This document shows positions 40,590 through 48,679 of a DNA stretch of 64,000 bases, one piece after another. Under the pieces are notes generated by a model that saw nothing but the letters and a program-made list of their open reading frames with translations, made no database searches and had not been told where the DNA came from. Position 1 is the first letter of the stretch, and each line of letters opens with the position of its first letter. The stretch lies in contig OZ245777.1 of assembly GCA_965227775.1 (NCBI GenBank), forward strand, positions 1,408,001 to 1,472,000, in the 5' to 3' direction. Source of the stretch: Phycisphaerales bacterium. Lineage in GTDB: Bacteria; Planctomycetota; Phycisphaerae; Phycisphaerales; UBA1924. The translations under genes and the position numbers were made by a program.

Positions 40590-41780
40590 ATGCCCACCTT
40601 CCGCTATCAGGCCGTCGACGCGAACGGGCAGGCCGTGGCCGGCACGCTCGCGGGAGCGAGCGAGGCGGCGATCCTTGGCGAACTCGCCGAGCGCAGCCTC
40701 GTGCCGGTGGAGGTCGTGGCTCAGAAACCTAAGGCGTCTTTCCGCAAGAAGGGCCTGGGCCCCCGCCAACTCGCGACTGCTTATCAGCAGGTCGCTGACC
40801 TTTTGCGCGCGGGCGTGCCCCTGATGCGCGCCATTACGCTGCTGGCCAGAGGCAAGAGCAAGCCTCGGCGGGCCGAGATCTTCCGGCAGCTGGCCGAGGG
40901 CGTGTCCCGCGGCGAGGAACTCGCCGATGCGATGGCGGCCCAAGAGGGTGTATTCCCCCAGACCCATATCGCGATGGTGCGCGCGGGCGAGAAGGGCGGC
41001 AGCCTCGAGCCGGTCCTGGTGCGACTGGCCGGAATGGTCAAGGCCCAGGCCGAGCTGCGTGCCAAGCTGTTCGGTGCGCTCGCGTATCCAGCGGTGCTCG
41101 TATTCGTCGGCGTGGGGGTGCTCGGGCTGATTTTCGGGCTGTTTCTGCCCATGTTCGGCGACGTGCTCGAGCAGGTCGACCCGATGCCGGCCATCACTGT
41201 GGCACTGTTTGCGATTAGCGCCGCCGTCACCAGCAAGGGGCCGATCACGGCCATCGTGCTGGCGGTACTCGCGATCATCGCGTGGCGATTGAGCAAGAGG
41301 CAGGACGTTTCCAGGGCGATCGCGGTCGCTCGGACCAAGGCGCCGGTCCTCGGGCCGCTCGTGCGATCGATTGCAGTCGCCCGCTTCTGCCGGACATTCG
41401 GCACGATGCTCGCCAACGGCGTGCCGGTGCTGGCCGCCATGCGCATCGCCGAGGACGCCGCCGGTAACGTGCTCCTGAAGGAGGCGGTTGCCGAGGCGGC
41501 CGAGGCGGTCAAGGCGGGCGAACCCCTGGCCGGGCCGCTGGGCATCAGCGGGCTGTTCGATGAGGACGTGATCGAGATGATCTCGGTGGGCGAGAGCGCC
41601 AACAACCTGGCCGACGTGCTGGAGACCATCGCCGAGACGATCGAGTCCCGGGTCGAGCGGCTTCTTTCGACCGCCGTTGCCCTGGTGGGCCCCATGATGC
41701 TGCTGGGGCTGGCGGTTGTGGTCGCATTTGTGGCTATCGGACTGATCTTGCCGATGCTGCAACTCAGCGACGTCAGTTGA
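40590..41780 (+). CDS. gspF: Type II secretion inner-membrane platform protein GspF/PilC
   Basis: MPTFRYQA, LLRAGVPL, MVRAGEKGGSL, ALAYP, LANGVPVL, MISVGE, LILPML. Confidence 0.95.
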   Translation: MPTFRYQAVDANGQAVAGTLAGASEAAILGELAERSLVPVEVVAQKPKASFRKKGLGPRQLATAYQQVADLLRAGVPLMRAITLLARGKSKPRRAEIFRQLAEGVSRGEELADAMAAQEGVFPQTHIAMVRAGEKGGSLEPVLVRLAGMVKAQAELRAKLFGALAYPAVLVFVGVGVLGLIFGLFLPMFGDVLEQVDPMPAITVALFAISAAVTSKGPITAIVLAVLAIIAWRLSKRQDVSRAIAVARTKAPVLGPLVRSIAVARFCRTFGTMLANGVPVLAAMRIAEDAAGNVLLKEAVAEAAEAVKAGEPLAGPLGISGLFDEDVIEMISVGESANNLADVLETIAETIESRVERLLSTAVALVGPMMLLGLAVVVAFVAIGLILPMLQLSDVS

Positions 41781-41959
41781 CTGGCGGGCTTTCGCGTGGG
41801 CTCGGGACGATCTCCCAGGAACTCCCTCGTTACGCCCGGCGGTAAGCTAGCGTAAACTAAGCCTGCGGGCCACTCGGCTCCGAGCGACACGCGAGCTTCG
41901 ACAAACGACAGGATGACACGCCGCGGGGTCGGAGCCCCGCTCGAAGGGGTGAAGGAACG

Positions 41960-42499
41960 ATGCAGACCCGACCGCACACCGCGACCGACCGTGGCGGCCT
42001 GAGCCGCAAGTCCAATTCCATCAAGCACTTGCGTCGACGGGCCTTCTCGCTGATCGAAATCATGATCGTTCTAGCCATCATCGTGATGATCAGCGGCCTG
42101 GTGGGCTTCGCCCTGCTCAGCCGCCGCGACGAGGCCAAGGTGAACGAGGCGGAGATCAAGATCAACACGCTCAAGGGCGCGCTGCTCGACTTCAACCGCC
42201 GCTATGGCCGCTACCCGACCGAGGATGAGGGCCTTGCCGTGCTGTGGAGCAGCTCGACGGTCGATCCGGAGCTCGAAGACCAGTGGTCCGAGTCGGTCAG
42301 CGAGTCGATGCCCAACGACCCCTGGGGCAATCCGTGGGAGTACAACCCCGAGGGCCTGCGCCGCGAGGGCTACTACGACCTCTCGAGCAACGGACCCGAC
42401 GGTGAGCCCGAGACCGAGGACGACATCTACGCGTGGGCCGAGGATGAAGAAGGCATGGGCGGCAGCGAGGGGCTGGCGCCACCGCCGCCCGCCGGCTGA
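41960..42499 (+). CDS. gspG: Major pseudopilin GspG
   Basis: RRRA/FSLIEIMIVL prepilin site, GRYPTEDEGLAVL, PNDPWGNPWEY, YDLSSNGPDG..EDDI. Confidence 0.92.
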   Translation: MQTRPHTATDRGGLSRKSNSIKHLRRRAFSLIEIMIVLAIIVMISGLVGFALLSRRDEAKVNEAEIKINTLKGALLDFNRRYGRYPTEDEGLAVLWSSSTVDPELEDQWSESVSESMPNDPWGNPWEYNPEGLRREGYYDLSSNGPDGEPETEDDIYAWAEDEEGMGGSEGLAPPPPAG

Positions 42500-42557
42500 T
42501 CGTCTGTTGCGATCGCCGAGTGGTTCGGCTCGCGTAGCTTGTGGAGGTGTCCGGACG

Positions 42558-43649
42558 ATGCGCCGCCGAGGCTTCACGCTCATCGAGGTGCTCGTGGCCC
42601 TCGGGCTGCTGGTGGTCATCTCGTCGCTGGCGCTGCCCGTCGCACTGACCAACACCGATGGAGCGCGCGCCCGGACGGCGGAGCGCATCCTGACGCTCTC
42701 GCCCGCCGTCGCGCGGGCCGAGGCGCAGCGGTCGGGCGTGCCCGTGGCTCTGGTGCTCGCTCCATCCGAAGACGGCCAGTCTCTGAGTTTGCTCGTTGTT
42801 CGCGAGCCCGACGCCGGCGCCGAGACCATCGAGGATCAACGCGCCGATCCCAACGACGCGTCGACCTGGCCGCGCGTGGATGAAGATCGCGACTTGCCCG
42901 AGGGTACCCGTTTGTGGCAGGGCAGGCTCGAGCAACTCGAGGCCTTTGAGGCCCAATCGGAAGCCCAAGCCGAGTCCGGGGACGGCTCGCCGCTGGAGAT
43001 GGCATTCACTGAGGATGACGAGGCCCCGCCGCCGCCTGGCGCTCTCGAAGCACCCGGCGACCCGATTGTGCTCGCCTGGTACCTGAGCGATGGTTCGGCC
43101 ATGGCGGGCGAGGCAACCGTGATTCGCCTGGCCGACGGTCGGGTTGTGCGTGTCCGGGTTGAGCCGCTCGTCGGCACGCTCGTGTTTATCCGCGCACCCG
43201 AGCTTGAAGAGCAGCCGCAGCGTCCGGAAGACCCCGAAGACGCGCCCGACGATGCATCCGAACCCGACGGACGCGCCGCGCCCGAGCGTCCAGATCGGAG
43301 TCTGTCATCGACTTCGCGCTTCGACGCACCCGAGTTTGATCGCCCGCAGTTCGACGAGTTGGAGTTCGATCGCCCGCAGTTTGATGCGCTCGACTTCGAT
43401 CGACCTGAGTTCGAGTCGCGCGGCATTGGTTCGCGCGGCTTCGAGTCTCGCGGATTCGAGTCCCGTGAGTTCGAGCAGCGCGAGTTCGAGTCGCTCGAAT
43501 TCGATGAGTTGCAGTTTGACGCGCTCGAGTTCGACGACCTCGACGCGGATGACCAGTCGAGCGGGTCAGGCGACGATCCCCAGGCCAACGAGCAACCCGA
43601 CCGGACCGATCCGGAGCCCCCCCAGCCGAGACCCATGCAGACGAGATAG
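42558..43649 (+). CDS. Minor pseudopilin (GspH-like) with an acidic pentapeptide-repeat tail (363 aa)
   Basis: GGAGG RBS; MRRRG/FTLIEVL; ARAEAQRSGVPVAL; WYLSDGS..G; V.VEPLVG; followed by the repeat tail. Confidence 0.85.
   Translation: MRRRGFTLIEVLVALGLLVVISSLALPVALTNTDGARARTAERILTLSPAVARAEAQRSGVPVALVLAPSEDGQSLSLLVVREPDAGAETIEDQRADPNDASTWPRVDEDRDLPEGTRLWQGRLEQLEAFEAQSEAQAESGDGSPLEMAFTEDDEAPPPPGALEAPGDPIVLAWYLSDGSAMAGEATVIRLADGRVVRVRVEPLVGTLVFIRAPELEEQPQRPEDPEDAPDDASEPDGRAAPERPDRSLSSTSRFDAPEFDRPQFDELEFDRPQFDALDFDRPEFESRGIGSRGFESRGFESREFEQREFESLEFDELQFDALEFDDLDADDQSSGSGDDPQANEQPDRTDPEPPQPRPMQTR
43320..43544 (+). repeat. 15 x 15-nt degenerate coding tandem repeat (F-D/E-x-x-x)
   Basis: FDAPE FDRPQ FDELE FDRPQ FDALD FDRPE FESRG IGSRG FESRG FESRE FEQRE FESLE FDELQ FDALE FDDLD. 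Confidence 0.92.
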
Positions 43650-43652
43650 ACG

Positions 43653-44129
43653 ATGCCAGCCAGCACGCGGCGGAGCCGCAGGCCAACCAAGCGACAAGGA
43701 CGTCGACGCGAGCACCCACGCCGTGGGTTCGTGCTGCTCGACCTCGTGCTTGCGCTGGCGATGTTCGTCGTTGGTGGGCTGGCGATTCTCAGCCAGCTCG
43801 ACTTCGGGGCCCGCCGCATCATCGACGCCGAGCATCGGATGGGCGCCACCGGCATCGCGCGCACCGCCCTGGGCTTGCTCGAGAGCGGTGCGATGAGTGA
43901 TCGCGAATTGACCGGGCCCGCGAGCGCCTGGGCGTCGCCCGCCACCGAGAGCGCCGGGTTCGACGCGCCGAGCGACTGGATGTGCGAGGTCGACCTGGAG
44001 CCAAGCGAGTGGCCCGGCCTCTCGCTCGCGACGGTGCGCGTGCGCCGCATCGAAGCCGCCGGCGAGGGACCCGTGCTCGCGACGCTCCGCCAACTCGTGC
44101 CGATGGACGGCGCGGGGGGTGGGCTATGA
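43653..44129 (+). CDS. Minor pseudopilin (GspI-like)
   Basis: RRG/FVLLDLVLALAMFV prepilin-like site (Asp at +5); size and position between H- and J-like genes. Confidence 0.75.
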   Translation: MPASTRRSRRPTKRQGRRREHPRRGFVLLDLVLALAMFVVGGLAILSQLDFGARRIIDAEHRMGATGIARTALGLLESGAMSDRELTGPASAWASPATESAGFDAPSDWMCEVDLEPSEWPGLSLATVRVRRIEAAGEGPVLATLRQLVPMDGAGGGL

Positions 44130-44818
44130 AGTTCGCTCGGTCACGTTCCGGCTTCACGATGCTCGAGGTGATGATCGCCATCGCGATCCTTGCGGTCTTG
44201 AGTGCGGCGCTGATCACCTTTACCTTCGGGCTCGCGGGTCGGCGGGATCGGCTTGTGCGCGAGGGCGAACGCAGCGCGATGCTGGCTCGCGTGCTCGATC
44301 GAGTCGAGCGACTCGCGGCGACCGCGCCAAACCATGCCCGTCACGGCGAGGACTCGTTCGAGCTGCGCGGGCGGGGCATCTGGCCCGCCGCGGGGCGATC
44401 GGGCGTGCCGGCCGGGCCATCGGACGTCACGGGCCGGCTGTCATACTCGGAAGATGACCAGGAAATCACCTGGCGCGAGACCAGGGGCGGCGAGTCGGTC
44501 GAGCTCGTCGTGACCGACATCGAGGCCATTTACGTCGACCACTTCGACGAGCTCGTCACCGCTTCGGGAAGCCAGCCGCCGCTTCGTTTGTGTGTTTGGT
44601 TGGCTCCGGTTGGCCGAGAACGCGAGACGGACGCCGAAGAACTTGCCGAAGACGCTCTCGACCCCGAGCTGTCGCCCGAGCGATCGATGTTCGATGAGCT
44701 GGAGCTCCCAGAGCGGTCGGCTGATGTTGTGTTCATTGTGGGCGATCCCTTGGGCAAGATGCTGGGCGGCGGCCCACCGTCCGACCCCGCTGAAGATCCG
44801 ATGGGGATGGCGCCATGA
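44126..44818 (+). CDS. Minor pseudopilin (GspJ-like; 230 aa)
   Basis: RSG/FTMLEVMIAIAIL; ATGA overlap with the preceding stop. Confidence 0.8.
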   Translation: MKFARSRSGFTMLEVMIAIAILAVLSAALITFTFGLAGRRDRLVREGERSAMLARVLDRVERLAATAPNHARHGEDSFELRGRGIWPAAGRSGVPAGPSDVTGRLSYSEDDQEITWRETRGGESVELVVTDIEAIYVDHFDELVTASGSQPPLRLCVWLAPVGRERETDAEELAEDALDPELSPERSMFDELELPERSADVVFIVGDPLGKMLGGGPPSDPAEDPMGMAP

Positions 44819-46149
44819 ACCGGCAGCGACACGAGCGCGGGGTCGCGGTGCTGGTGGTGCTGGTGGTGCTGGCAATCGGTGCATTGGCGGGTACGGTCGC
44901 GCTGCTGGCCGCTCGCAGCGCGGGCGAGGCGACGGCCTCGACCGCCGGCCGGCTGCAATCCCGGCTCACGATGCGATCGGGCACGCTGGCCATCGAGCAG
45001 GCCGCGCTCGACCAGCGGGCCGACGTGCTTGCGGGGGCCGAGTTTGTGGTCGATGACCCGATTGAGCTCTTCGAAGAGGGCAACCGCACCGCGACGTTCC
45101 GCCTTGACGCTGCCATCACGCCCGATGCGGTCTCGCTGGACGCCCTGCTCGACGTCAATTCCTGCACTGCGTCCATGCTCGCCAAGCTGCCGGGCATGGA
45201 CGAGACCCTTGGGGCCGCAGTCGCGGCTGCACTGCCCGTCCGCTCGCTGCGGGAGCTGCTCGAAGTTGAGGGTGTGACCATCGAATTGGTCTATGGCACT
45301 TACGACGAGCGCGGCGAGCTTGCTTCCGATGGGATCCCCCTCGCCAGTCTTCTGACGGTGGGGTCGGTCGATCCGGCGACCTCGATCGGTGTCGGGGGGG
45401 CGATGCCGCTCGCCGAGCGGGTCGACGTGTCCCAGCCGTACGACGAGGCCATGGGCGAGCGGCTCACCAACTCGCTGAGCGCCCAGGAGGGGGCGGGCCA
45501 ATTGGTTGCCGTGCTGGCCCAGCGCGACACGCCGCCCGCATCCCTCGCCGAGGTCGCGCGGGCCTTGCGAGGGCAGATGACGCTCGCGACGACCGGCCAG
45601 GTGCTCGACATCGTCTGCGTCGGCTCGGGCCCGAGCCGGGGCCGCGTCGACATCAATCGGGCGCCGTTCGAGGTGCTCGCGGTGCTGCCCGGGCTCAACG
45701 AACAGACGGCCCAGCAGATCGTCGACGCGCGGCGGAGTCTGGACACCGACGAGCTGAAGGATCCCCTTTGGCCGCTGCGCGAGGGGCTGGTCGATGAGGA
45801 TTCCATGCTGGAGGTCCTCGACCGGGTCACGACCAGGAGCGTGCGCTGGGTGTTGCGTGCCGAGGCGGGCATGGCGACCGTGCGCGAGCGTTCCGTGGGC
45901 ATCGACTCGCTCGAGGATGCCCAGCGCGTGCGAGCGGGCATGGCGTCTGCCGACGAGGATCGCCTGCGGGACCGCGTGGCAATGGACCTGCTGGTGGACT
46001 TTTCCGGCCCGCGGCCGGTGGTTGTACCGCTGGGTGAGGTGAGCATTGCCGGCGAGCTCGCCGCAGTCGCCCGCGTGCTGGCCGGCACCGATGGCTCAAT
46101 GGACGAGTTGCTCGAGCCCGAACCTGAGCGTCGAGAGGTGCGCCCATGA
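44815..46149 (+). CDS. gspK: Minor pseudopilin GspK-like
   Basis: ERG/VAVLVVL (no Glu5, as in GspK); two HhH motifs (LDVNSC..LAKLPGM; VDINRAPFEVLAVLPGL..AQQIVDAR); VTTRS. Confidence 0.8.
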   Translation: MNRQRHERGVAVLVVLVVLAIGALAGTVALLAARSAGEATASTAGRLQSRLTMRSGTLAIEQAALDQRADVLAGAEFVVDDPIELFEEGNRTATFRLDAAITPDAVSLDALLDVNSCTASMLAKLPGMDETLGAAVAAALPVRSLRELLEVEGVTIELVYGTYDERGELASDGIPLASLLTVGSVDPATSIGVGGAMPLAERVDVSQPYDEAMGERLTNSLSAQEGAGQLVAVLAQRDTPPASLAEVARALRGQMTLATTGQVLDIVCVGSGPSRGRVDINRAPFEVLAVLPGLNEQTAQQIVDARRSLDTDELKDPLWPLREGLVDEDSMLEVLDRVTTRSVRWVLRAEAGMATVRERSVGIDSLEDAQRVRAGMASADEDRLRDRVAMDLLVDFSGPRPVVVPLGEVSIAGELAAVARVLAGTDGSMDELLEPEPERREVRP

Positions 46150-47678
46150 GTGGTTCGCGCCTGGCCATGGAGTGGCACGCCGGCTGGCTGACGGTCGTTC
46201 CGGTGGGGACGGAGAAGGGCCGGTCCAAGCTCGGCACGGGCGTGAGTGCCCGCGTGCCGGACGCGATCGCCAGCGACGATCCCGAGGCGGTCGGTCAGTG
46301 GGTGGGCGAGCAGCTTCGCCAGGCTGGACTGAAGGGCAAGCAGGTGGTGTGGGTCGCGGGCCGGGGAGACCTGCTGCTCAAGCGGCTGAGCCTGCCCAAG
46401 CCGCCAGCCGAAAACCAGATACCGGCGATGGTCAAGCTCCAGATGAGCCGGGCCATGCCGGTGCAGGGTTCGGATGCCTCGACCGACTTCGTGGTGCTCC
46501 GCGAGGATGACGGCAAGCTCGATCTGCTGGGAGCTTCGGTGCCCTCCGAGCGGATGGCGTGGATGCGCTCGATGCTCACGGCGGCGAAGCTCAAGCTGGC
46601 CTCGGTCGTGCTGCGGGCCCAGTGCTCGGCGTGCATCGCTGGTCTGCCCGACGCCGGGCACGCACGGATCGTCGTCTCGCCCGGAGCGTCATCGGTCGAG
46701 ATCGCGGTGGTCGAGCCGGGCGGGGTTGTTACCAGTCGCGGCGTCGATGCCACGTGGCCTACGGGCGAGCAGGAGGGGTTCGTCCGCCGCATCGCCGTCG
46801 AGGTGAAGCGCACGTGGATGGGCTACCGCGCCGCCCAGAACTCGCTGCCGGTGCAAGACGCGGTGGTGATCGGCGGCAGCGGCCTGTGCCAGGCAATCGC
46901 CAATGAGGTCGCCGAGACGATCGAAGCCGAGACTACGGCGCTGGCTGCCGAGTCGTTCGCGGTGCTGGCTGACCAGAGTGGCGCGGACACGACGCGGTGG
47001 CTCGCGCTGGCTGGCATCGGCGTGGCTTCGTGCGATCGCATCGACCTCTTGAACCCGACTCGCGCCCGAGCCGAGCGCTCGCAGACTCGCGAGCGGGTGT
47101 TGCTGGGTGCGATGGCGATGATCGCCGTCGTTGGCGGGCTGGGCGTATACGGCTATATCCGCCTCGGCGATCTCCAGCAAGAGAAGTCGCGACTGACCAG
47201 CCAGGTCTCAACGCTCCGCACGGACTACACCGCCATGGTGCTCGATCGCACACGCCTCGATCATCTGCGTGCTCTCCGGCAGACGCGGCCCGAGTGGCCG
47301 GGCCATCTCGAGCGCGTCATGGGTCACGCGGCAGCATCGGGCGTGCGCATCGAGCAGCTCTCGGGCGCGTCGCGGGGTGGCGTGTGGTTCGGCGACCCGA
47401 AGGGGGCGCGCAGCTTCTCCTTCTTTGCCGCCGAGTACCGGCCCGCTGTTCGCGGCGAGCTCAGCCTGCAGGGTGTTGGCGAGGCGCGCGAGATGGCCAG
47501 CATGGTGCGCGGCCGTCTGGTCGACGATCCTCTGTACTTCGTGCAGACTCAGGGGCCCGACGCGGGGCTCGGCTTCAAGCTCGAAGTCGATACGACGACG
47601 CGCGTCGTGTCACAAGACGTCCAGGCCGCGCCGGCCGACGCAGACCAGACTGATGCCGGAGAAGGGGGTGGCTCGTGA
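46146..47678 (+). CDS. GspL-like protein (PilM-like cytoplasmic domain + TM + PilN-like periplasmic part)
   Basis: LLKRLSLP, MVKLQM..MP, IAVEVKRT, IDLLNP before a single TM, then a coiled coil; ATGA-coupled. Confidence 0.75.
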   Translation: MSGSRLAMEWHAGWLTVVPVGTEKGRSKLGTGVSARVPDAIASDDPEAVGQWVGEQLRQAGLKGKQVVWVAGRGDLLLKRLSLPKPPAENQIPAMVKLQMSRAMPVQGSDASTDFVVLREDDGKLDLLGASVPSERMAWMRSMLTAAKLKLASVVLRAQCSACIAGLPDAGHARIVVSPGASSVEIAVVEPGGVVTSRGVDATWPTGEQEGFVRRIAVEVKRTWMGYRAAQNSLPVQDAVVIGGSGLCQAIANEVAETIEAETTALAAESFAVLADQSGADTTRWLALAGIGVASCDRIDLLNPTRARAERSQTRERVLLGAMAMIAVVGGLGVYGYIRLGDLQQEKSRLTSQVSTLRTDYTAMVLDRTRLDHLRALRQTRPEWPGHLERVMGHAAASGVRIEQLSGASRGGVWFGDPKGARSFSFFAAEYRPAVRGELSLQGVGEAREMASMVRGRLVDDPLYFVQTQGPDAGLGFKLEVDTTTRVVSQDVQAAPADADQTDAGEGGGS

Positions 47679-48679
47679 ACCCCCGCATCGTGCGCTTGCT
47701 CATTGTTGGTGGCGCCGCCATTGCGCTCACGGGCGCTTCGTGGTGGGGTTACGTCACCTTCTATGAAGGCCCCGCCGCTGAACTGAGTGACGACATCGAC
47801 GCGCTCATCGGTGAGAAGGGCGGCTATGAGACGGCGTTGCTGCAAGAAAGCCGCGTCCGCCGAGAGCTCGGTGAGATTATCGCCGGCGCCGTGCATGGTG
47901 ATCGCGATTCGCTGGAGCACCGATTGCGCACCGCCAGCGCGACGCTTGCGTTCGAGGCCGGGCTTACAAAGCTCGAGATTAACTCTTTGCCGCCGCGCGC
48001 CGTGGGCAACCCTGCCGGACAGGCCCGCGGCATCCGAGAGCGTGCGTTCCAGCGTTCGCTTCGCGATCGCATAGACGCGAGCGAGGCACGTGTCGTGATC
48101 TCGGGCGAGGGCACGCTGGAGGCGGTGCTTCGTGCGCTGTCCCTGGCCGACGCGCAACGCTGGACGCTGGGGGTCGATTCGTGGAACATCAAGCCCTCGC
48201 GGATTGAAGAGGGCAAGCCCGCGGTTTTCTCGCTGTCGATGACGCTGACGGCCCTGGTCGTCGATGACGATGGCGCGCTCGCAGGCGAGATCGCCATCGA
48301 CCCGCTGGACGACCGCATGCAGGCGCAACTCGCGGCGGTGGTGAAGGCCGACCCATTCAAGACGGCGCCCAAGCCGCAACCCGTGGTCGTTCAGAGCCCG
48401 CCGCCGCCACCGCCACCAACAACGCGAACCGCGCCGCCTCCGCCCCCGCCGGGCGCGGGTTGGCGCCTGGCGGGCGTCTTGAGGGGCGAGACCGGGCAGT
48501 ACGCCATCGTGGTACACGAGAATGGACGCCGGCGAACGCTGGCGCTGGGAGAGGAGGTCGGCGGGCTTCGGCTTGCCGCCCTGCTGGGAGAGGTGGCCAC
48601 CTTCGAGGCCAACGACGAGCGATTCGAGGTGCGCAACGGTGAGCTCTTGGCCGCCGCGCACGGAAGGGAACGGCGATGA
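47675..48679 (+). CDS. GspM/PilO-like domain fused to a C-terminal GspC-HR/PilP-like domain
   Basis: N-terminal TM and coiled coil, ISGEGTLEAVLRAL (PilO/GspM-like), DPF, poly-Pro linker, WRLAGVL..YAIV..LALGEEVGGLRL; GTGA-coupled. Confidence 0.65.
   Translation: MNPRIVRLLIVGGAAIALTGASWWGYVTFYEGPAAELSDDIDALIGEKGGYETALLQESRVRRELGEIIAGAVHGDRDSLEHRLRTASATLAFEAGLTKLEINSLPPRAVGNPAGQARGIRERAFQRSLRDRIDASEARVVISGEGTLEAVLRALSLADAQRWTLGVDSWNIKPSRIEEGKPAVFSLSMTLTALVVDDDGALAGEIAIDPLDDRMQAQLAAVVKADPFKTAPKPQPVVVQSPPPPPPPTTRTAPPPPPPGAGWRLAGVLRGETGQYAIVVHENGRRRTLALGEEVGGLRLAALLGEVATFEANDERFEVRNGELLAAAHGRERR

Noticed and set aside
41781..41959. c-di-GMP or other riboswitch upstream of gspG
   Set aside because: Short hairpins and TAAGCT/TAAACT boxes are present, but no recognisable aptamer consensus; more likely an internal promoter.
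43320..43544. CRISPR array or canonical pentapeptide-repeat (Rfr) protein
   Set aside because: 15-nt degenerate in-frame units with no spacers and no cas genes; residue pattern does not fit A(D/N)LXX.
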